Shown: positions 43,200 to 58,026, numbered from the stretch's first letter. The stretch: DNA of 64,000 bases from Eledone cirrhosa (GCA_964016885.1 OZ024745.1:107818001-107882000), one strand, 5' to 3'. Program-made: numbers and translations. The notes: generated by a model from the letters alone, not told the origin.

Positions 43200-43545
43200 A
43201 CGGACCCTCGAAAACCCCGACCGGGTGAAAAGAATGATCGCACATGCGGTCGGAGCAAGTATTAAAACTATTCTAAAGGGCTGCAATAATAAAATTGACA
43301 ATCGTTTCATGACAACACTCCGGTTCATTTGTCACAGTTGATCAAAGGTTTCTTTCACTCATTTGTTAAGTTTCCTACGATGTCGGAGCTGAGAGACATT
43401 CCAGAAGAAACATTCCAGACATGCTTCGAACAACGGAAGATCCCTGAGCTAACTATGTAGATGAAAAAGGGTCAATTTCGAAAATGATTAGCAAATAGCA
43501 ATTAAATCCCAGCCTAAGATCGGATACTTTTTCGACAGACCTCAG
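43200..43545 (+). mobile_element. Decayed mariner transposon 3' part
   Basis: FHDNTPVH (compare HDNAPAH) and ELRDIPEETFQTCFEQ, with a TIR-like end GGATACTTTTTCGACAGACCTC. Confidence 0.65.
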
Positions 43546-43655
43546 TTTGTACGTACGTAAATGTGCATGTATATATATATATATATATATATATATTTCT
43601 ATGTATGTGTGTATGTATGTATATGTGTGTGTGTGTATGTATATGTATATATGTG

Positions 43656-43692
<37 letters not shown>

Positions 43693-43853
43693 ATATGTTT
43701 ACATGTATATATATATGTGTGTGTGTGTGTGTATGTATATGTTTATATGTATATATATATACATGTATATGTGTGTGTATGTATATGTATATGTATATAT
43801 ATATATGTGTGTGTATGTATATGTATACATATATATATATGTGTGTGTGTATG

Positions 43854-43890
<37 letters not shown>

Positions 43891-44450
43891 GTGTGTGTAT
43901 AAGTATATATATGTATATGTATTTATATATATATATATATGCATGCATGTATATGTATGTATGCATGTATATATGTATGTATGTATACATCTATGTACTT
44001 ACCTATGTATGTACCTATGTATATATGTATTTATGTATATATGTATGTATGTACATATGTATGTATGGTGAGCATATTTCTGCTGACAGCCAGGTGAGAT
44101 AGGTTAGATACATAGAAGTGAATAAACAGAAAACTGATACATTCGTTGAAGTCTTGTAAATGGAATTTCGCTTGCCAGCGTAGAAGACTTTCTTAAACAA
44201 TATAGTTTCATTAGTTAATATTGTGTACTAATGTTACAGCATTAAGGTTTTTCTACACCCTATAATATACACCACATTGATACATATCACCACACACGAT
44301 ATCACATCGTAAATCTCTTTCTCTCTCTTCTTTTCCTATCTATGTACTTATACATACATACATATACATACATATATGCATGCATACATACATATATACA
44401 TGCATACATACATATATACATACATGGATACACACATATACATACATACA

Positions 44451-44917
44451 TGATGGCTGCCCCCTCGTTATCGAGTATGGCCATTGCACGGTATTCCATT
44501 ATTAATAATTATTAATTAATTCTATCGTACAATGCCTGTGCGTGAAGATATTTTTTAAAGTGAGGAAAGACTGTGCACTGAGCCAATCCCACTCTCCGAG
44601 CGACAGTAGCTATAACCCGAAAAGAAGAAAAGATCAACATCATCGGTAACTACTGAGCCGCAGGTTTTATATCAGAGTTATCCCAGTTTCCTGAGTTGCC
44701 TTCTCCTAGAAGAATGCCCTGACAAAAGCTAGGGGTCCTTCACTCCCAGTGGTTTAACCGCACGATCGGGTGTCCAGCCCGACTTTTTCTATGTCCCGCG
44801 CATATACATACACACGCACCCATGTATATACACATATACATATACATATGTACATGTGTATATACATATTTACAAACTTTTGGATGGCCGTTGACTCTTA
44901 TGAGTTCTTCCGCCTTT
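44451..44917 (-). mobile_element. B2 RTE-derived non-autonomous element
   Basis: Reverse complement of 39472-39942, lying in (CATA)n. Confidence 0.8.
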
Positions 44918-45137
44918 ACATACATATATATACATACCTACATATATACATACATATATACATACATATATCCATACATATATACATACCTATATACATA
45001 CATACATTTATACATACATACATGCATACACACACATATATACATACATACACACACACATACGTACTTACATACATATATATATATATATACATACACA
45101 TATTCATATATACATACATATATACATACATACAATA

Positions 45138-47765
45138 CAGTCAACGCGATCAGTCGCATATTTTGGCGTGGGAGTCTATTTATTAAATTTAAGATGAATA
45201 CTATCTCCGACAGTAATGCCACAACTACAGTCATGTTGTATAACTGGTTATTCTTCTATCTATCCCTTCTGAAGACACCTTTGATTCGAATTCGTAGTGA
45301 TATCCGACTAAATACATAATTCATTTTAAAAGGATTTGCTACAAACAGCATGGCTGAATACAACATCAACAACAAAATTAACGAAGTATCGAAGACAACC
45401 AACAAGAAAAGAAAACAAAATTTATTCAGTTGTAGCTACAGAAGAAACCGAAATTATAAATCGCATTTCTCTTGGAGTTGCGAACTTAATAATGATTTAT
45501 TTAATTGTTATAAAATGGCAAAAAACAATCCTTCCATTGGCTATATGAAGAGAATGGAGCTACACTGGGACAAAATGCACCCAGAGCTAAATTATTTCAC
45601 AGCGAAACAATTACGCCAACAAGAGACGTTTGTTGAACGTAAAAATAAGATAAATATTATTAATTGTAAGTCCCCCACAACAAACATGGGATCAACAACA
45701 CGTGCTACAGGTCGCCATGCTACTAGACTTCCTAGCAGCCAGGTCGAACAGCGCCTTGAAACAACTATGCCTGTAAGAAACTTGACACCACCTGTACCAT
45801 CTAAGTCTACCTCGAATGCTGGGGAAAATCGGTAATAATAATAATCGAAGAAATAATAATAATAATCGAAGAAATTTGACACCACGTGTACCATCCGAGT
45901 CTACCTCGACTGTTGTGGAAAATACTATCGATAATGATAATAATCAAAAGTATAAACAATTGAAAATTTCCCCCAACGAAATCTTCCAGAGAGAAATTAA
46001 TTCATGTATAAATATCTCTATTGCTGAACGTGTTAAAAAGACAATGGTGAATAAAAAACCAAATAATGAAATATTACGTGTTATTGACGAAATAGAGGAT
46101 GAATATTTACGACGGATAAAAACCGCAACATTTTGGCAAATCAACACCTGTTTATATGCCTTAGCAGCGACAGTGAAGCATTATCTTGGTGATAACAGAG
46201 ATATTAACAAGAACAAAACACCACCAAAAATACCATCATATATAACTAAAATAGAAAAAAAGAGTGCTGACCTACGAAAAACCATAGGATATGTGACAAT
46301 GCTCCTTACATGCAAACAAACACAAAAAAAACTCACTCTTCGCAAAGAGTGGAAAATAAAATAGAGACGATGTTTGGTAACAGCAGAACCAGAACTCTTC
46401 AATATAAGCTGATCACCCACAAACAAGAATTGAGAGCTGTTAGTGAAAAACGCCGATACCTGAAGAATGTAGATGAGAGAAAAGTGCTTAATAAAAGATT
46501 CAGACGAAACCAAACATCAGACTATAGAGATATGAAGAACAAAATAAAAAGTGTCACTGAGGCCCCATCCCAGAAAGACATAGATTCCTTTTGGAGCAAA
46601 ATATGGGGTGAAAAGAAGAATTTCAACTTAGGAGGAATATGGCTACAGTCTGGCTGGATTACAGGAAAGCTTTCGATTCTGTTCCCCACTCTTGGATGAT
46701 AGAGGCCCTCCAACTTGCTAAAGTCCCAGACATTATTGTCAGAGCCATAGAGAAGCTGTCTTCTTCTTGGGCTACTATCCTAAGGTTAAAGACAGATAGG
46801 GAGGACTCTATTTTCACTGATAAAATAAAATATTGCAGGGGTATATTTCAGGGGGACAGTCTCATCTTGTCATTAAACTCCTTGTCCTTTCTGCTCAAGA
46901 AATGTGAGGGACACATCATTGGCTCACAGGAGGACAGAAATACGAACCTAACCCATAATTTCTTTGTGGACGATATGAAACTCTATGCCAAGAACACTGA
47001 TGGGATGAAGAAAAATCTTGACCTGGTTACAACGTTCTCAAAGGATATAGGAAGGAATGAAGTTTGGCCAAGATAAATGCTCATACATGACTGTAAAGCG
47101 GGGAAAAACAACAACCCAATCTAGCAACATTGTCATCAATGGCCTAACTGTTTCACCAATATCTGATGAGGACTGCTACAGATATCTGGGGATAGATGAG
47201 AATATATCCTATAATGGTATCTGTAATAAGGAACGCGTAACCAGGGAATACTACACCCGATTAAGAAAGATTTGGTCATCGGAACTCTCTGCGCAAAACA
47301 AAACTTGCTCACAATGTGTTTGCTGTGCCTGTCCTAACACCAACGTTTGGAATACTCAATTGGACGATAGACGAAATCCGAGCAGTTGATGTTGGAACTC
47401 GAAAAATACTAAACAACACCGGAAACTTCCACATCAGCAGTGACATAGACCGCCTTTACTTGAAACGTAAGCAGGGAGGCAGAGGCCTAACATCAGTCCA
47501 AGCATCATTTGAATGTCGCATCATATCTCTCCGACAACATCTACGAACCTCGAAGCGTAGGAGCCCGTCTCTCGAGCAAGTCTATCTGCATGAAACAGAT
47601 AAGATCATGAGAGTTGGGAAGGAACTCCTCGAGAGATATTCCCTGTGTGATAATCAAAAACTCACACCCAGGGAAGTCGCTCAGCAGTATCGCAGTGAAT
47701 CCATGGATGAAAAACTGCATGCTTATCAGCAAAAAAATCATGCATGGATATGTTGCCAGGAAGTT
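45138..47765 (+). mobile_element. R4/Dong-like non-LTR retrotransposon, frameshifted, internally deleted and 3'-truncated
   Basis: N-terminal W..ELNNDLFNCY..A..GYMKRM..W..HPE. RT motifs WLDYRKAFDSVPHSW, RGIFQGDSL, FFVDDMKLYA, MKFGQDKC, YRYLG and RLYLKRKQGGRGL. Stops at MHGY, before the endonuclease. Confidence 0.9.
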
Positions 47766-47847
47766 CCAGATTTTGTGATTTCATGCAGAGAAGGAATGTG
47801 AGTAATAGAGAGAAGTGAAGCAGAGATATAGAGGGAGAAATGACTTC

Positions 47848-47985
47848 AGTATTGAACTGGTACTATTTTTTATCAACCACGGCGAAAGGATGAAAGGCAA
47901 AGTGGACTGCTGCTGGATTTGGACCTGAACGAATATGACAAAGCATTATATCCGACGTTCTAACGACTCGGCCACTTCGCCGCCT
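47848..47985 (-). mobile_element. Degenerate SINE A
   Basis: CTGGTACT..AAGGATGAAAGGCAAAGT core on the plus strand. Confidence 0.6.
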
Positions 47986-49229
47986 ATAATCTATGTACCT
48001 AAAATATAGATTTATATATGTAAGTAATCTTCCTAAATTATAGATTTATCTATGTAAGTAATCTTTCTTAATAGTGCACTTGGCTATGTTGGTGTAGAAT
48101 CTCCGTCACTTCCGACCTCCAATGATCTAGTTGCTTCGATCGACAGTACAGCCTGTTTGTAAAATTTGCATACAAGTGGCTGTGTTGCACAAACACGTAT
48201 ACGTTCAACGTAATTCTCAATTCTCAATGACACACAATGCGAAAAGACTGGCCTTTTGCGTCACAAGTGCTACGTACATATGTGCTACGTACTACCTGCG
48301 ATTTATTTGAAATAGTAGACAAATCTCTTTCAAATATCACCCATGCGTATTCATATAGATATTCATATAGAAAATAGATATTGTTGGAAAGGATGCGTTA
48401 TGTTTGAATAAAACAAATAGGGCGTTATTGGAATGTCTCGATCAAATATTTACACGATCAGACAGAGTTAATCTGCGCTTAAAAACAACATGTGCAACAA
48501 CAATGACTGATGAGACAGTGAAAGGACCTTTGGTTGGTTACTCGACTAACGAGAATTAGCAGCCAAATATAGTTCACGTTTTACCCAGCAATCTTTAAAA
48601 CGAATTAATATGCTGGATAAAGAATGTATAGATGCTTCAACATATCAGAAAAGAAAACGAAATGATTACAGTTTCAATGTCAGTCGAATGTAAATCAGAC
48701 AACTGGTCAGTGATTTTCTTCTTTTCTTTATGGTTTAATCAGAGAACTTAAGGCGAAGCTTTTTTTTTTTTTACAATGTCTGTTAGACAGGATGTAGAGA
48801 AAGAAACAACACCTCACGGGTTAGCATCAGACCAGAAATCAGACAGAATGCTTGCAATAGATGGATTCCACAAACTTACTGTAAGTAACTAAGTGACAGG
48901 TGGTTGTGTTAACCTTAGTAACGGGTTTAAGAACACAAGAACGTGTTCAATCCAGCAAGTTTCTACACAATTTCACTCACAAGGATTAGGTTCAGTCAAG
49001 CCTTTATACTACACATTGAGATTTAAACCAGAACCACGTGATTGCAAAGAGAATTTCTTAACCGCACAGCCATATTTGCTCTCATTGTGTAATCAGTTAA
49101 CTTTATCTCAAGTTACCCAACCTTATCAAGAGTACACACACACTCACGCACACACAAATACGGACAAGGACACACACACACACACATACACATATATATA
49201 TACCAGAATATACATATATATGTATGCAC

Positions 49230-49281
<52 letters not shown>

Positions 49282-49336
49282 GCATATATATATATACATA
49301 TATATATACATATGTATATATATGTATATATATATG

Positions 49337-49372
<36 letters not shown>

Positions 49373-50089
49373 TGCATATATATATATACATATGTATATA
49401 TATGCATATATATATACATATGTATATATATGCATATATATATATACATATATATATACATATGTATATATATGTATATATATATGCATATATATATATA
49501 TATATATATATACATATGTATATATATATATATGCATATATATATATACATATATATATACAAATGTATATATATATATATATATATACGTATATACACA
49601 CACACACGCACACATATATTTATATATATATATATATATATCAGAATATACATAATATACATTATATATATATATATATAGCAAATATCTAATATAGTTG
49701 GAAACTTCAAACCAACCCTTGTGGTTTGAATTTGTTTGCATAGCACTGTGTCTGCCTTTTACAGTGTATATCTTGAATATTTGGATAGCTGCAGTTTTGT
49801 TGATCTTGTGTTCTCGATGTCTGGCTGGCTTGATAGATGGATGGGTGGTATGTAAAGGTGCATGTGTATGTATGTAAGCCTTTATGTATGTATGTATTTA
49901 TTTATGTATGCATGTACGCATGTATGTAGGTATGTATATATGTATGTATGTAGTCTGTACATATATATATATTTTTTTTTTTTTTTTTTTTTTTTTTACT
50001 CGATCGACTTTCGTCAAATCGGACCGAGGAAACAATGTTTCCGTTGGTCTTTCAAGTTGCTAGTACTATCTATCGGTCGCAACTCCAGG

Positions 50090-50211
50090 TAGAAGGAGCA
50101 ACGTGAAATAAAGTGTCTTGCTCAAGGACATAACGCATCGCCCGGTCCAGGAATCGAACTCACAACCTCAAGATTGTGAATCCAATTCTCTAACCACTCA
50201 GCCACACGCCT

Positions 50212-50212
<1 letters not shown>
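50090..50212 (-). mobile_element. tRNA-derived SINE head
   Basis: Minus strand: GGCGTGTGGCTGAGTGGTTAG..GAGTTCGATTCC..GTCCTTGAGCAAGACACTTTATTTCACGTTGCTCC. Confidence 0.7.
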
Positions 50213-50259
<47 letters not shown>

Positions 50260-50675
50260 CGTGTTTGCATACATGTGTGTATGTATGTAAGCCTTTATGT
50301 ATCTATTTATGTATGCATGTATGTACGTATGTATGTAGGTATGTATATATGTATGTAGGTATGTATGCATGTATGTATGTAGTCTGTATATATATATATA
50401 TATACATATGTATGCGTGTTTGCTTGTATGTCTGTATGTTTGCATGTATATATGTGTATATGTATGTATGCTTACATGTATGTATATACGTATGCATGTG
50501 TGTATGTATGTATGCTTACATGCATCTATTTATGTATATATGTATGTATGCATGTATTTATATATGTTTGCATGTATGTATGTATCATTGTTTGCATGTA
50601 TGTATGTATGTATGTTTGCATGTATGTATGTTTGCATGCATGCATATATGTATGTTTGTATGCATTTATATATAT

Positions 50676-51293
50676 GTCAGGTCACCAGTTGGTGCTATTG
50701 GTAACATGTATCCCAGTACAACCTGTCCCATGGTCGGGTCGTTGGCGACTAAACTGGCAACCCCACCAAGGTTTCTTGGTGAGGAGGGTGACTTTGGACA
50801 TCCTGCAGGACTAAAGGCAAAACCTGTCAAAGGGCAGGGGAGCTCGTAAGAGTCAATGGCCATCCAAAATCACCGGGAGAGATGACCCCTTAGCCTTTGT
50901 CAAGGCAGAATTCTAGGAGAAGGAAAACTCTGATATAACACCTGAAACTCTGATGGTAGCCAATGATGTTGACTTGTTCTTCTTTTTGGTAAATATCATC
51001 TTGGTTAAGAGAGTGGGACTGGCTTTGTGCAGTGCCTTTGCTCACTATAAAAGCTTCACGGCACAGGCATTACTTTATATCTGGAGATCTCTCTCCACTT
51101 GTCGCACATGGTACCATGGGCCCAGCACTATGTGTCAATAATTGTCACAGGTGTAGTGTTTGTACCAAGTCGCTGGCTGGACTAAAAAGTCACTGGCTGG
51201 ACTAAAAAGTCACACTCGTTCAGCGCATCGGTAGGGGTTCTCCTACATGGATATAAAGTAGTGGCCGTACTCGAAAACGAGTTGGCAGCCACC
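50676..51293 (+). mobile_element. Full-length B1 RTE-derived non-autonomous element
   Basis: Highly similar to 52660-53264. Internal 20-bp tandem duplication near 51173-51212. 3' hairpin CTCG-AAAA-CGAG. Confidence 0.85.
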
Positions 51294-51851
51294 ATACATA
51301 TATATATATATATGTTTGCATGCATGTATGTATGTTTCCATGTACGTATGTATGTATGCAGTATGTAAGCATCTATATTTGGAAATATGTATATGGATGC
51401 ATGCGTAGTCAGGTTCTAATGGATTTCATTTAAGTTTTCGTCATTGTTGACTGCTGCTGTGTTAAATTATGTTGATATAAAATGTACGGTATTGTTAAAG
51501 AATGTACCTTTTTTAGCTTTCATGTTTGTTTCTGTGCAGTGAGGTCCCAGAACAAAATGATGTGTGTGTGCGTTTGTGTGTGTGTGTGTGCGTGTGTGTG
51601 CGTGTGTGTGCATGCGTGCATGTGTGTGTCTGTGCGTATGTGTGTGTGTATTGGGTTGTGTATGTCCGTATATTTCTATAGGTTTTACTTTATATGTATG
51701 TATGTATGTATACATGTATGTTTATATGCATGTATGTAGACAGGAATATATGTGTATGCAAATGTGCTTGGAAGTTTGTGCGTATGTTCGTAGATATGCA
51801 TGTAAGTAGGCCTCTATATACATTTGTATGTACGTATGGATGCCAGTATGC

Positions 51852-51937
<86 letters not shown>

Positions 51938-52021
51938 TACATATATATAATCATATATATATATATATATGTGTGTGTATATATATATTTGTGTGTGTGC
52001 ATGCGTAATAATTCAATATGT

Positions 52022-52102
<81 letters not shown>

Positions 52103-52482
52103 GTATGTACGTATGTATGTACATGAGTTTCACCATTATATCAAACCCTAAAGTTAAAAATACACCATATTTCAGGAGCTGCAATTTACTCATAGCCAGT
52201 GCAGCTTTGATCATACAACTGCTCGATCGCTGCTGATATGGTACTAAACAACAACAACACTAACAAAGGGATTACTGAATAAAACCTGCATTTATCGTCA
52301 AATAAAGCCAGCGGGGGTCTTTTTGTCAATGGCATCTATGTGTGCAAGTTATATTATATAACAAACATTTTAATCTTACAGCATATGAAGTTTAGATTTG
52401 GTTTCAGCGTGATGGTAGTTTATGTTAGTGCAGTTCTTGCTAATGGGAGCTGTGATATCTTGTTGTGTGTGAGCGAATGTGT

Positions 52483-52569
<87 letters not shown>

Positions 52570-52576
52570 ATATATT

Positions 52577-52608
<32 letters not shown>

Positions 52609-52659
52609 TGTATGTATGTATGTATGTATGTATGTATGTATGTATGTATATGTATGTAT

Positions 52660-53264
52660 GTCAAGTCACCAGTTGGTGCTACTGGTATCATGTATCCCAG
52701 CACAACCTGTCTCGTGGTTGGGTTGTTGGCGACTAAACTGGCAACCCCACCAAGGTTTCTTGGTGAGGAGGGTGACTTTAGTCATCCTGCAGGACTAAAG
52801 GCAAAACTTGTCAAAGGGCAAATGGGCTCTTTAGAGTCAATGGCCATCCAAAATCACCGGGAGAGATGATCCCTTAGCCTTTGTCAAGACAGAATTCTAG
52901 GAGAAGGAAAACTCTGATATAACACCTGCAACCCTGATGGTATCCGATGATGTTGACTTGTTCTTTTTGGTAAATATCATCTTGGTTAAGCGAGTGGGAC
53001 TGGCTTTGTGCAGTGCCTTTGCTCACTATAAAAGCTTCACGGCATTGGCATTGCTTTTTATCTGGAGATCTCTCTGCACTTGTCGTCACATGGTACTATG
53101 GGCCCAGCACTATGTGTCAATAATTGTCACAAGTTTAGTGTTTATACCAGAGTTTTCAAGTCGCTGGCTGGACTAAAAAGTCATACTCGTTCAGCGCATC
53201 GGTAGGGGTTCTCCTACATGGATATAAAGTAGTGGTCGTACTCGAAAACGAGTTGGCAGCCACC
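52660..53264 (+). mobile_element. Full-length B1 element in (ATGT)n
   Basis: As for 50676-51293, with ATGT repeats on both sides. Confidence 0.85.
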
Positions 53265-53286
53265 ATGTATGTATGTATGAGTATAA

Positions 53287-53660
53287 ATTGCTACTGGTAA
53301 CATGTAACCCAGTACTACCTGGTCGGGTCGTCGGCGACTAAACCGGCAAACCGGTTTTTTTTTTGGCTCTGTTGTTGTCACGGGACCTTTCTGGGAGAGG
53401 GAGACTCTGAGAGGGGGCCTGCGGCTTTGGAGGCATCCGATGATGTTGACCGGTTCTCCTTTTCGGGTAGTGTTTTCGATGCTCAGAGAGTGGGATTGGT
53501 CGCGTGCAAGGCCTTTCCCTACTTATAAAAACCTTCAAAGCACAGCATCGCTTGTTCAGGATCTGTTACAGGTTCGTGTGGTTGGCCGTAGCCTGGGGGT
53601 GCACCAGACTCTATGATGATGGACGGTGGCTTTGGGATCGGTGGCAGTGAGGGCTCTGGA
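53287..53660 (+). mobile_element. B3 RTE-derived element
   Basis: Shares the 5' block with B1 and the 3' block with 28175-28370. Confidence 0.7.
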
Positions 53661-53662
53661 AC

Positions 53663-53744
53663 TTATGTTTATTGCCTCTGTGATTTGTCTAAACATTGCG
53701 TCTTTTCGCAATGTTTAGACAAATCACAGAGGCAATAAACATAA
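53663..53744. repeat. Perfect 38-bp-arm hairpin
   Basis: TTATGTTTATTGCC..AACATTGCG-TCTTTT-CGCAATGTT..GGCAATAAACATAA. Confidence 0.95.
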
Positions 53745-54009
53745 AAGAATTACAAACAAAATTAAATAGAAAACATGAGTGGAACAGCAACATCACAACT
53801 TACAATTAAGAACAAAATGACACACACACGTACATAGAACAAACAACCAACTTGTAACATGTAAATAAACAAATAAATAAACGAATATAAACACACACAG
53901 ACACCCGGATGTGGCGCATGCGCAGATTGAGCACACAACACACACACAGAAACAAGATGGCGTAGGACAGAACAAAGGAGAGGCACAAAAACAAAGAAAA
54001 GAATCCCCA

Positions 54010-54052
54010 GTCACTGAAGAGGTCACAGAATGTGTGAAGAAAGAACTTTGAC
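54010..54052 (+). ncRNA. Minimal hammerhead ribozyme
   Basis: GTCA CTGAAGA GG TCACA-GAATG-TGTGA A GAAA GAAC TT TGAC. Confidence 0.65.
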
Positions 54053-54614
54053 AATATATAAACAACCATCTGGTTGTGGAACCAACCAACCAGCCAACCG
54101 GAAATTTATAAATTCCTAAATTTATAAATTTATTATAATAAATTGAAGTGAAAGCAACTGGTGCATGTGTTTCTTATTGGCAACATGACCCTCCCAAAGT
54201 ATAACAATATCGGTTTCAACACACGTTTTCAGATAAAGAATCTTGCTAAACAAATCCAGAAACGAAATATATATATATATGTATATATGTATATATATAT
54301 ATATGTATATAGATATATGATGTTTTGGTGTAAATGGTAGCACAGTGGTACGGATAACCAAAGATGTGGGTTCGACTCTCATGTACGTCAATACTCATCT
54401 TTTTCCATTTCTCCGAGGGTTCTTAACCCCACTATCAGTCTAAATAATTTCTTTAATTTCTTTAGTCAAAATACGGCGATAGCTTACATTTATAATATAT
54501 ATATTTTTTTTTTTTTTTATATGTATATATATATATATACGTGTGTGTGTGTGTGTGTGTTATTTGCTTGTTAAAATAATCAATTAAATTAATTCAACAG
54601 TTAAACAAACATAG

Positions 54615-55140
54615 GAATAATAAAGTTGTTACCAAAGAGCCAGAAGATTGACAAGTCGACTGTAAATATGATTAATAGTTCTAGGAAAGCCATGAACAAC
54701 ACCACATCTTTTTAGCTTTGATTTTGAAAGTAGGTTTATAATTATTAATTTTCCTTGTAATATTGTAGCTGTCTCGGTGGCCTCGTTGGAGAAATCACAG
54801 ACGGTGGTGATTCTCGTCTGAAGTTCGATCCTGGTCGGGAGTAGGGGTCCCGGTAAATTTTTCAGTTTTTTTTCTATGTGATGTAAAATAAAAACTGAAA
54901 AAGATTACATGCACCTCTTTACCAGGATTGAACCCATGGCCAGGATCTCCAACGTCTCTGGTACCTATTGCTAGGCCACAGAGACAACTGCGAATATCTT
55001 ATGAAAATTCATACTTATAAACCTAATTTCAAAATTTTCAAAAGAAAGTGTTGCTATGTCGTTCATGTATTTCTTAATGTTATTGCTCCTACTTAAAGCC
55101 AACTTCTAAATCATTTGGGTGTTCCATAAACTACATCCTC
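54615..55140. repeat. Old diverged inverted repeat carrying two convergent tRNA-like heads
   Basis: Arms share CATGAAC.AC, ATTTTGAAA.TAGGTTTATAA and TGTCTC.GTGGCCT. B-boxes at 54823-54831 (+) and 54925-54934 (-). Confidence 0.6.
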
Positions 55141-55610
55141 GTTTTGTTTCTCATCTATCTAGACTATATTTTAACCAGTAATCCATGTTTTATTTCTGTT
55201 GAACCTCATTTCACCACCACTGTTGCACCCCACACACCACCACCCCTGATTCCAGCTATTTGCACTATCATATATTTTGAATTCTATTCATTCCTTGGGG
55301 AATTGGTTGGCCAAATGCTTTGCTTAATTGTTGTTTTTTTATTGTTTTTTTTTCATTTTATTCTTTCTCTTAGACTTCAGGTATTTTTTGAAAGCAAAGC
55401 ATTGGACCCTAAAATACTACAGTGGGCCCTGCAATGCTACCATGGGCCCCCTAATGCCCATTTGCCATTGGGCAACCTGGCAACCTGGCTAGTCCACCAC
55501 TGTATATATATATTGTTAAGAGTAGAGGATCGACTACGAGCTCGGCGGTTTCGACTAGTTACCTTTCTAGCCTCTGTTAGGAAAACATACACACACACAG
55601 AGATATACAT

Positions 55611-55685
<75 letters not shown>

Positions 55686-55970
55686 GGTATCATAACTGCA
55701 TGGATTAACTCTCCCGGCAAATATAAATAGGACTGGATGTTGTATCCGCTAGAAAGAGGTGCGAATTACTAGTCTCAGTTTAAGCAACTCAACAAATTTA
55801 GAATTTAGAGCAGTTATATACTATGTTAGGCATCTTAACATATATAATATGATTATGATTCTCTATAGAGAAGTTCGATGATCATTGGCCCAGAGCATCA
55901 CTAATTCTAAGGAAAAGATATACGTAGAGAGGGAGAGAAAGAGCCATATATCGGTTGAGACACAGTATTT

Positions 55971-56009
<39 letters not shown>

Positions 56010-56051
56010 GAAAAGTTTAGAAATTATTGTGAGCAAGAAACCAACAGTATT

Positions 56052-56550
<499 letters not shown>

Positions 56551-56600
56551 TAAAATATACATAACTATAAATAGTATCCTTAATATTATATATATATATG

Positions 56601-57135
<535 letters not shown>

Positions 57136-57596
57136 TATATATATATGCATATATGTATATATATATATATATATATATACATTACATCCACCATAAACTT
57201 CATAGAAACTGCTTTTCATATCCAAGCATCTCTGTCTGCTTAATATGCTTTTATACCTGTATTGTATTATGTGATACCTTTGCCATACTGTGATATATAT
57301 TCTTAGTACCATTGCTTGTTTCTTACCTGGTTATTCTGTACATGCCTAACACATCTGCACTCTTTATACACGTTTGCATATGTACTGCTAATGTCCTCGT
57401 TTTGCGAGTAACTTTCTTCTTTAATTCCTCTATAATTGTTGTATTATTCTTTTATAATCTTTGTCGCATCCACTGATACTGACCACATCATCTTCACTCT
57501 TTAAATATGACACTGTTAATGACAACACTAACATCTACGTATCTTTACGATTGTTCTGTGGAATAGGAGGTTAATTATATGTCTAAACTTTGCTAG

Positions 57597-57642
57597 TGTT
57601 CCGATGATCCAAACGAAAGTTTGGAAGAAACGATTGTCAGCA
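57597..57642 (+). ncRNA. Hammerhead, CCGAUGA core variant
   Basis: TGTT CCGATGA TCCAAAC-GAAA-GTTTGGA A GAAA CGATTG TC AGCA. GNRA-capped stem II and GUC triplet. Confidence 0.75.
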
Positions 57643-57777
57643 ATAAAATGTTTTGAACATAGTTTTGATTATTCTGTAATTTATATTCCGGCTCTGTAAA
57701 ACATCTGATGTATTTACATTGAGCTATTTTCCTTACTGGTAATAAGGTGGTAAAGAATTACTGACCTTTCCTGTTTA

Positions 57778-57815
<38 letters not shown>

Positions 57816-57840
57816 TGTAATAAACAACATAAGGCAATTA

Positions 57841-57901
57841 TTTCATTTACCAATGGTTTCTTGAAAGCAAACAAATTTTGCTTTCAATCATCAGAATGAA
57901 A
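57841..57901 (-). ncRNA. Hammerhead ribozyme (left arm)
   Basis: Reverse complement of 57966-58026. Confidence 0.85.
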
Positions 57902-57965
57902 AAATCCTGGTGTATTTATTGACATTGGATTTTAAAATCCAATGTCAATAAATACACCAGGATAT

Positions 57966-58026
57966 TTTCATTCTGATGATTGAAAGCAAAATTTGTTTGC
58001 TTTCAAGAAACCATTGGTAAATGAAA
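57966..58026 (+). ncRNA. Hammerhead ribozyme (right arm)
   Basis: TTTCATT CTGATGA TTGAAAGCAAA-ATTTG-TTTGCTTTCAA GAAA CCATTGG TA AATGAAA. 7-bp stem I and 11-bp stem II. Confidence 0.9.

Noticed and set aside
50130-50212. tRNA-like sequence as a true tRNA gene
   Set aside because: Runs directly into a SINE body shared with 23410 and 27755, and the acceptor stem does not pair.
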